Source: a virus. From it: DNA of 64,000 bases. The DNA is taken from IMG/VR virus record IMGVR_UViG_3300028584_000098, positions 1 through 64,000 of that record; one strand, written 5' to 3'. The notes beneath the pieces were generated by a model. The model saw only the letters and a program-made list of their open reading frames with translations, was not told where the DNA came from and did not search any database. Shown here piece after piece: positions 58,801 through 64,000 of the stretch (positions within the stretch are counted from its first letter, which is position 1; each line of letters starts with the position of its first letter). Both the position numbers and the translations under genes were made by a program.

Positions 58801-60797
58801 TTTCTAACTTTTTCAGAACCCCCTGCGAACTCTATAGAATTGTTAATAGCTTTTTCTACTAGAGGATCTAATAAACGTAATCTATTGATTTCTTGTAGGG
58901 CACTCTTATCTGATACTGCTGATTTAGTTGCTAAAGTACCGTCCCGTCTAATTCCACTGGTAGTACCCACAGTAGACAGTTGAGCCTTTCTAGCCTTGTT
59001 TGCCTCGTTATACGCATCAGTTACTTCTTTAATAGAGTTAGAAAGCAGCTCGGAAGATTTCTGCTCCTTCATTGCCGAAGAGATACTGGCTTCAGAGATT
59101 TTCTTTCTTTCAGCAGCTTTATTCTTTAGCTCATCCATTATAGTTTTAAGCTTCTTATTCGCCTCTATAACTTCTTTACCAACTATAGATGTATATAACA
59201 TCTTTAAGCCCTCAAATAGTAGCGTAGCTACTAGGATAACTTGACCTATAATTGGTAACATGTTTAGCAGTGCAGATCCAAGAACTTTAGCTCCCAGAGC
59301 TGCTCCGTACATAGCTGTTTTAGTAAAGATAATTCCACGACCCATAACACTGTTAGTTGCAGTGAAAACTCCGTTAGTCATAGCAGCAGCCTTTAATGAC
59401 TTATTATAAGAATTAGTGCTTTCTGAAATTCCTGAAAACATTGCAGAAAGTGCAGCTTTACCGCTCGATAATCCTGTTATATCTCCGGAAGCCGCGTTAA
59501 TAGCACTAGCTGCTGCACGAGCAGCCGCAGCCTTTCCTTCCGCAGCAGTCAACTGCTGTATAAGTACTAATTCTTGTCTTCTAATAGCATTTGTTTTAGT
59601 TAAACCGGCAACTGTTTCTCTGCTACGAAGATTCATAGCTCCCGCTATTTTAGACTCATTCACTTCAATTTGCTTAGTAATACTGCTATGTGCAATTTGT
59701 AGTTCCTGTAAATCCGCAGTACCATTTTTAATAGCGTTCTTTACGCCAGTAAAAGTAGTACCTTGTCTACCCCCAGTTACCTTTGCGTTAGCAGCGGATT
59801 CTTTAGTTATCTTGCTCATTTCCTGAGCAATTTTAGTAGACTTTTCAGCGGCTTTAGATAGCCCCGGTAGTAGCTGAGATGAAATTGTGCTAGCAAATAG
59901 TACTGCTCCCCCAAGTAGAAGACCTCTAGAGCCTAGAAGACCTGCCAGTGGTAGCGCAAGAACGTTTACTAAGTTCAATACATCTTTAGTTAGGTTTTGG
60001 AACTCGGTTCCTAACTTAGCTAGGTTATTTAGGTTGTCATTGCCTGTGATGGCACCAAACTTTAGTTCACCCTCAGCAAGCGCAGCATTAAGGAAGCCCT
60101 GACGCTTTTCAGTAGTTGTCAGCGCCGAAGCTGACTTTCCTAGTTGTACTGCATAAATAGCTGTTGCTTCATCTAGACGAGTCATGATACCAAGTTCGTC
60201 GATAAGTTCTGGTTCTAGCTTAATGATACCTCTAGTTAGACGGTCCATAGAATCCGTCATATCTCTACCAAGAGTTAGAGAGGCTTGTCTAGCTACGACT
60301 GTAATTCTTTCTAGCTCCTTAGTAGAGAAGCCAGCGCTAATTACCTGTGCAGTTGAGCGAGCTGCTTGTTGCGCATTTAGTAGGCCTCCTGATAGGGCCT
60401 GCACATTTTTAGTTGTTAATTCTAGGGTAACACCCATTTGGTTACCCATTGAGCGTAGTCCTGCTTCTACTTGTTGCAGTTGCGCTGCGTCTTTAAGAGC
60501 TAAATAAGCAGCACTAACGGCGAAGATGTTAGCAGCTAGTGTTGCATATGCTCCGACGAGCGAATTTGAGCCGCCGTCAAGGGTTTGACGCAGCTTAGCA
60601 AAATTCTTAGTAGAATTAGCTGTCCCTATGACACCCTTCTCTTGTCTGTTAAAGTGACCATCGGCCTCTTTAGACGCATTTTTATGCGCTGAGGCTGTTT
60701 TATTAACCTCAGCGCCTAAACCGCGAACACCCTGTGTGGCTGCTTTTAGAGTACCGTTATCATCAACGTATACCTCAAAAACTACTTTGTTACTCAT
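55839..60797 (-). CDS. tail tape measure protein (1652 aa)
   Basis: Very long, Ala/Leu/Lys-rich helical protein with hydrophobic segments. It lies downstream of the chaperone pair. Confidence 0.8.
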   Translation of the reverse strand: MSNKVVFEVYVDDNGTLKAATQGVRGLGAEVNKTASAHKNASKEADGHFNRQEKGVIGTANSTKNFAKLRQTLDGGSNSLVGAYATLAANIFAVSAAYLALKDAAQLQQVEAGLRSMGNQMGVTLELTTKNVQALSGGLLNAQQAARSTAQVISAGFSTKELERITVVARQASLTLGRDMTDSMDRLTRGIIKLEPELIDELGIMTRLDEATAIYAVQLGKSASALTTTEKRQGFLNAALAEGELKFGAITGNDNLNNLAKLGTEFQNLTKDVLNLVNVLALPLAGLLGSRGLLLGGAVLFASTISSQLLPGLSKAAEKSTKIAQEMSKITKESAANAKVTGGRQGTTFTGVKNAIKNGTADLQELQIAHSSITKQIEVNESKIAGAMNLRSRETVAGLTKTNAIRRQELVLIQQLTAAEGKAAAARAAASAINAASGDITGLSSGKAALSAMFSGISESTNSYNKSLKAAAMTNGVFTATNSVMGRGIIFTKTAMYGAALGAKVLGSALLNMLPIIGQVILVATLLFEGLKMLYTSIVGKEVIEANKKLKTIMDELKNKAAERKKISEASISSAMKEQKSSELLSNSIKEVTDAYNEANKARKAQLSTVGTTSGIRRDGTLATKSAVSDKSALQEINRLRLLDPLVEKAINNSIEFAGGSEKVRKSTKLQAQVLNEVNKAFTGYGPAVSATAEAMKELNAAATALTKSSIPTTQYDAFATSLANTNSELAKLTVEATSSGRGVAGMAAVISGLGPDIQKFLEPDTTKAISDYNTQTAIITKLTAEGYKKTEEEKKQLKIAQDIIPTLQSRLSLASSELMILSDTVTARQVESIALTSIIALEQARLNKLNKTAALTGEEVKRRINAENNILATQARQILAATWALKLELESIKLIREKDEAYKKYVATIKSGSLESELTNVAERIGAIELKIARETSTVNKGLYAAEIDILRKKEAAIATEKAARNRESILQAGISAAQNQAAAIMMNATSTEVARLKGVLQDRETDVNLLNEKLGIQEGLTKITQSEYAASEALGSITDANYASAIEYYNKVVPLLQEKLRLEQAASLAALQVTIREKEESGLRRAAKGQRETDLDILDKQVDLLAHSSAIKADQLDLDSKAAVLKTLNIKTNIDILELEKQTLDIKKEQATALEASAIAAAELRKETKEIAIAKTGRELVPTEERALNIELAKATYDAVKASADIKIETIKAEYALLKAKYTYDSLAAKTNAANNLRAISAIPGLNEEQKSAMVATANAQIAYANSLDLLLKTIPNAMSGAIAEVTNSVTAAKNTLEKVSIPAARLSGPPESSGANLRALEPTDTMSQRLTALSADLDPVFEKLRALGPDGEFVSSLAQGSLVIADSILKIGEAGITSADGLSAMGAIVGQIASIAQASAKAKIAAIDSEISAEQKRDGKSAQSVALLASLEKKKDSAARKAFDVNKKLMMAQVVMSTAASIAMVMGQTGIFGIPLAPIFAALGAAQLAIIAGTSYQGGASTAGAAASAPASLSIGTRSNSVDLARNNSNAGGESGYVTGSMGQGTDASNFKRAAYGGRAGIIVGEKGPEKIYPDVSSTIVSNDAASKESSGGINASFNIQAVDAEGVEKVLVKNRGAIISMLREAANANGQTFLENVNVSKYRNSGSR

Positions 60798-60825
60798 AAG
60801 ATTCTCAAGCCCTTACGGGTCCGGG

Positions 60826-61137
60826 TTATTTACTTTTCAGTTTCTCGCGGGCTCTTTTCATTTCCTCCGCAGATTCAACTATAACTTTTCCATCAAGCCA
60901 GGCTAGTACCTCTAAAAAGGTATCTTTATCCTCTATATCATTTAAGTATACAGATAAGATAGAGTAGTCTTTGCCTAAATAACCAATATCGGCTGCTATT
61001 CTATCTCCAAGCTTATTAAATATGCCTAAGGCCTCTTGTACTACATCAGGAAAATCGCTAATATCTGGGGGCATTTTTAGGGGGTCTGGCTCGGTACCTA
61101 GTTGACTACACATATCTAGGTACCGAGCTTTAGTCAT
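60826..61137 (-). CDS. tail assembly chaperone-like protein 2 (start uncertain; frame open up to TTG 61215)
   Basis: ATG 61137 has AAAGG 5 nt upstream. Track ORF 60826-61215 overlaps the upstream chaperone ORF by 62 nt in the +1 frame. Confidence 0.5.
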   Translation of the reverse strand: MTKARYLDMCSQLGTEPDPLKMPPDISDFPDVVQEALGIFNKLGDRIAADIGYLGKDYSILSVYLNDIEDKDTFLEVLAWLDGKVIVESAEEMKRAREKLKSK

Positions 61138-61153
61138 TTTTGCCTTTATATTA

Positions 61154-61597
61154 TTATACCACTTTTCCAGCCGTTCCCACAGCAGGTCCTTCTGGCTTTG
61201 TACGAAAATTATCAAGATCCATTACGACCTCCGTTAACCAACGGTCAAAGTCAATAGAACCGCCAACTAGAGTCACAGCATTTTCGGTAGAATACTCTAG
61301 TTGGTCGTCAAGATTCTTACCCTTTAGGTCTACTAGCATAAGATCTTCTAGATAGCGTAGTTTTAAACCTTCCCAGCCCTTAACAGCAGCTAGAGTAAAT
61401 TCCCTACCAAACTTCTCATCATCAAGCTTTTCTATAGACTGATGGGTCTTCCTATCAAAAGAAGATGCACTACAACGCTTATGTAAAGCGGTAAGTTCTT
61501 TACGGCTAAGTGCGGTTACGTTAACCTTAAAGCCCTCTAGTCCAGGATATTCTACCCAGGCAGCCTTAGTGTCGATAATTAGTGATTGTAAATTCAT
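61154..61597 (-). CDS. tail assembly chaperone-like protein 1
   Basis: Small acidic ORF immediately upstream of the TMP region (synteny only). Confidence 0.5.
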   Translation of the reverse strand: MNLQSLIIDTKAAWVEYPGLEGFKVNVTALSRKELTALHKRCSASSFDRKTHQSIEKLDDEKFGREFTLAAVKGWEGLKLRYLEDLMLVDLKGKNLDDQLEYSTENAVTLVGGSIDFDRWLTEVVMDLDNFRTKPEGPAVGTAGKVV

Positions 61598-61616
61598 AGT
61601 ATCCTTTCAATGCGCA

Positions 61617-62498
61617 TTATTGCGCTATATCTAAATCTGAAGACATTCGGAAATCATATACTTGTGCGTATACTTCTCCGGGGTCCGTTCTATTTGTGAA
61701 TATGGCCTCAGGAGCTAGTAGCTGTAAAGCATACTCTCTACCGCCTATTCCTATTCTTATATAAATTTGTGCGTTCAGCTTCCAAGATTGAGCAGCTAAA
61801 TAGTATTCAGAAGTAATATACTGTGTTATAGCCCCATTTAACATCCGGTTACTAATAGTAAATACTTCCGGGTAAATAGTATTAGATACATCTGTAACTG
61901 ATAAACTCGCATGTACTGTATCATTGGACACCCATTCCACGCCATTTTTTAGTTCCAGGTATATATCTGATATAGAATCTTGTTCAATACCATCTATAAC
62001 TACCAAGATATTCCTTATTAAAGTATAATCTTGGCTAGGTAGTGGTTGAATAGTTCCTGGTATAGTATAGGTAGAGTCTCCAACCCGTTCCAGCCTTTTA
62101 CCGGTTCCGGTAATTGATAGCCCTAGGACTTCTTTTATATTTACTAAGAACCTACCGTACTCTAGTACAGCTCCGTTTATTTTATACGTGTCATTACCAG
62201 TCTGTACGTATAAATCAAACTGGTTTAATGTAGTGTACTCAGAATCATACCCTACTAGTAAATCGACCAGTATTTTATGCTCAGGAACTAATGGTACAGA
62301 AAAACTAAAATTAGCTGGGGAAGCCTTAGTTATTACTGCCCCTTCGAAGTACTGACTAGGATGAAGCGTTTTATTTTTTACAGCTTCTTCAGAAAATGTT
62401 TGAGAAAACGTTATATCATTATATATAGCAAGCTTGTACTTATTGCCCGCGTATACAAGGTATAAATCTGTATCTCTCTTAAAACTATATACGGGCAT
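61617..62498 (-). CDS. minor tail protein (T5 p140-like by position)
   Basis: Track ORF with a GGAGG RBS. It has its own promoter and follows the tail-tube gene. Confidence 0.45.
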   Translation of the reverse strand: MPVYSFKRDTDLYLVYAGNKYKLAIYNDITFSQTFSEEAVKNKTLHPSQYFEGAVITKASPANFSFSVPLVPEHKILVDLLVGYDSEYTTLNQFDLYVQTGNDTYKINGAVLEYGRFLVNIKEVLGLSITGTGKRLERVGDSTYTIPGTIQPLPSQDYTLIRNILVVIDGIEQDSISDIYLELKNGVEWVSNDTVHASLSVTDVSNTIYPEVFTISNRMLNGAITQYITSEYYLAAQSWKLNAQIYIRIGIGGREYALQLLAPEAIFTNRTDPGEVYAQVYDFRMSSDLDIAQ

Positions 62499-62522
62499 TA
62501 AATTCTACCTCCATTATTTCGT

Positions 62523-62551
62523 AGTATACCAGTGGGGTGGTTTCATGTCAA
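62523..62551 (-). promoter_or_regulatory. sigma70-type promoter on the - strand
   Basis: On the - strand: TTGACA (62551-62546), 17 bp, TATACT (62528-62523). Confidence 0.7.
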
Positions 62552-62572
62552 GAATTATTTCAAGGACCTATT

Positions 62573-62609
62573 AGATAAAGTAAAGGCCCAAGGTGTTAAC
62601 CTTGGGCCT
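62573..62609 (-). terminator. intrinsic terminator after the tail-tube gene
   Basis: GGCCCAAGG (62585-62593) pairs with CCTTGGGCC (62600-62608). The T-rich tract on the - strand side reads TTTACTTTAT. Confidence 0.7.
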
Positions 62610-62617
62610 CGCTTAGA

Positions 62618-64000
62618 TTATAGTGTTTGACCTACGTATCTGATTGCGCCAACTTCATCTGTACCACTGATAGTAGATGGTAGAGCGTGGAAGTTAACTT
62701 CAGTAGAGATAACGTCGTCAAAGTTAATGTTGGGCACTTCTAGATGTGCCTGTGGGAACTTGAACTGAACTCCAGGTGCAGTCGGTAGGTTATTACCACC
62801 ACCGCCAACATAGAAATCTAGTGCAAATGAGTTAGTAACAGTGGTATTGCCTTTTTCAGCAAGATTCTGGAATAAGTCAATTGAACCGTTAGTAGCCTCA
62901 TCGAGATAACAAGTAAAGTTACCCCCCACCGTACGAGTACCTGTAACGTGTCCTAGTGGCTTGTTAACAATTCCTAGAACTTCAGGAGTTAGATAAGAAA
63001 TGTTATTGCTAATGGTAATCTGTCCGCCCGTAAGCGTAATACCATAAGTAGTACTTGTAGGTAGCGTGCTAACAGCTGTTAGAGCAGTTAGACGATTACG
63101 AATGAAGTTTGAGGAACTTGTAGTACCCATGATACCCGCGTTAACCGCGTACATGCTACCTAACTCTGCTAGGCTTGAACCCATACCACTCCAGCTTACT
63201 GTAGAGATACCGTCAATTTCAAAGCTAATTGAAACTTCATTAATAACACCATCAGTAACCTTATAGATAGTAGTTGTACCACCATCTGTACCACCGATGT
63301 AATTTCTGTCAGCAGCTCTGTTAGCACCCATTACGTAGTAAAGGTTAATAGTACCTAGTACTACGCTGTTTGAGCCAGCAAAATCAAATACTAGATCGTT
63401 AGTACCTCTAGTTACTCCAGAAGCCCAGGTTGTAGTTTGAGTGTTACCAGCACCGGTTACTGTTGAGTAGTTCTTAGAAACTAGGTTAGCCCATAGAGGC
63501 TCTTCAATACAATACTGGTTAGTATTCTTGTATGGGCGGACATAAGTATCGAAACTCCACTCAGTTGGGCTAAGAGCTGTGTTAAACATCTGACGACCAC
63601 GACGACTTACGCCCACCGCATTAGTCATTTCGTTTAGAGTAATTTCAGCAGTTTCTGTACCTTGCGAAGCTGAATATCCACTAAGTACAGGAATTTCCCA
63701 TAGGTTTTCTCTAGCTATACGAATTGTTGTAGGGTTAGAGATAGTTCCTGTAGCCGCAGTAGCAACTGTGAATGAAACGGTAGTTGAAATAGATGCAACT
63801 GTAAATACGCCGTTTAGATCAAAAGAAGCATTATCAGAAACTCCAGAAATAGCAACTGTGTCGCCTACTTGAAAGTTATGAGTAGCTGTAATTGTAGCCG
63901 CTGTACCACTCAGTACTACAGCAGTAGCTGAAACATAGGAGTCCACCGCATTTACAACACCAGTAGAGGGCGTGCCTGTTACTGTAATTGGGCTACCTGT
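62618..64000 (-). CDS. major tail (tube) protein candidate, 5' end outside window
   Basis: The track lists GTG 63946 as the start, but the frame stays open to the window edge (…TGSPITVTGTPSTGVVNAVDSYVS…). Function is inferred from position upstream of the chaperones and TMP. It has Ig-like repeats. Confidence 0.5.
   Translation of the reverse strand, partial: TGSPITVTGTPSTGVVNAVDSYVSATAVVLSGTAATITATHNFQVGDTVAISGVSDNASFDLNGVFTVASISTTVSFTVATAATGTISNPTTIRIARENLWEIPVLSGYSASQGTETAEITLNEMTNAVGVSRRGRQMFNTALSPTEWSFDTYVRPYKNTNQYCIEEPLWANLVSKNYSTVTGAGNTQTTTWASGVTRGTNDLVFDFAGSNSVVLGTINLYYVMGANRAADRNYIGGTDGGTTTIYKVTDGVINEVSISFEIDGISTVSWSGMGSSLAELGSMYAVNAGIMGTTSSSNFIRNRLTALTAVSTLPTSTTYGITLTGGQITISNNISYLTPEVLGIVNKPLGHVTGTRTVGGNFTCYLDEATNGSIDLFQNLAEKGNTTVTNSFALDFYVGGGGNNLPTAPGVQFKFPQAHLEVPNINFDDVISTEVNFHALPSTISGTDEVGAIRYVGQTL

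Noticed and set aside
56821-60507. + strand ORFs inside the tape-measure gene (56821-57123, 58996-59244, 59416-59826, 59887-60102, 60184-60507), and similar small nested ORFs elsewhere (469-657, 1176-1400, 2096-2308, 3754-3948, 24359-24571, 28094-28282, 29245-29451, 29746-29997, 30601-30834, 30914-31252, 31829-32077, 32866-33198, 33803-34061, 35864-36112, 40054-40356, 43135-43347, 45530-45736, 54027-54260, 63066-63266).
   Set aside because: They are nested in or antisense to long genes with clear motifs or synteny. They have no translation signals, and the Ala-rich TMP codons give open antisense frames.

Overview
The window looks like a T5-like (Demerecviridae-style) siphovirus segment with an AT-rich backbone; hand-counted backbone lines give about 33-37% G+C. 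From left to right on the + strand it holds: (1) small early genes plus an NAD+ salvage pair (NMNAT-Nudix and Nampt); (2) an ~11-kb tRNA island (7.2-18.0 kb) with about 27 tRNA or tRNA-like genes, three free-standing homing endonucleases and many structured non-coding spacers, each block driven by a copy of one consensus promoter (AATAGTTCTTGACTTT-N17-TATACT); (3) a 2.1-kb high-GC foreign island inside the tRNA island; (4) a side-fibre cluster whose largest gene has a second high-GC core; (5) a non-coding locus of tandem promoter-hairpin units followed by a ~930-nt promoter-to-terminator RNA; (6) the replication and nucleotide module: split NAD ligase, DnaB-like helicase, primase, PolA interrupted by a group I intron, PhoH, SF2 helicase, MazG, ThyX, SbcCD-like nuclease, flap endonuclease and RNR. 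On the - strand are a lysis cassette (spanins, endolysin, holin, and a membrane PAS protein) and the tail module (fibre chaperone, 2182-aa hub/fibre, Dit-like protein, tape measure, chaperones, tail tube). All functional calls come from motifs read by eye and from synteny. No database search was run.
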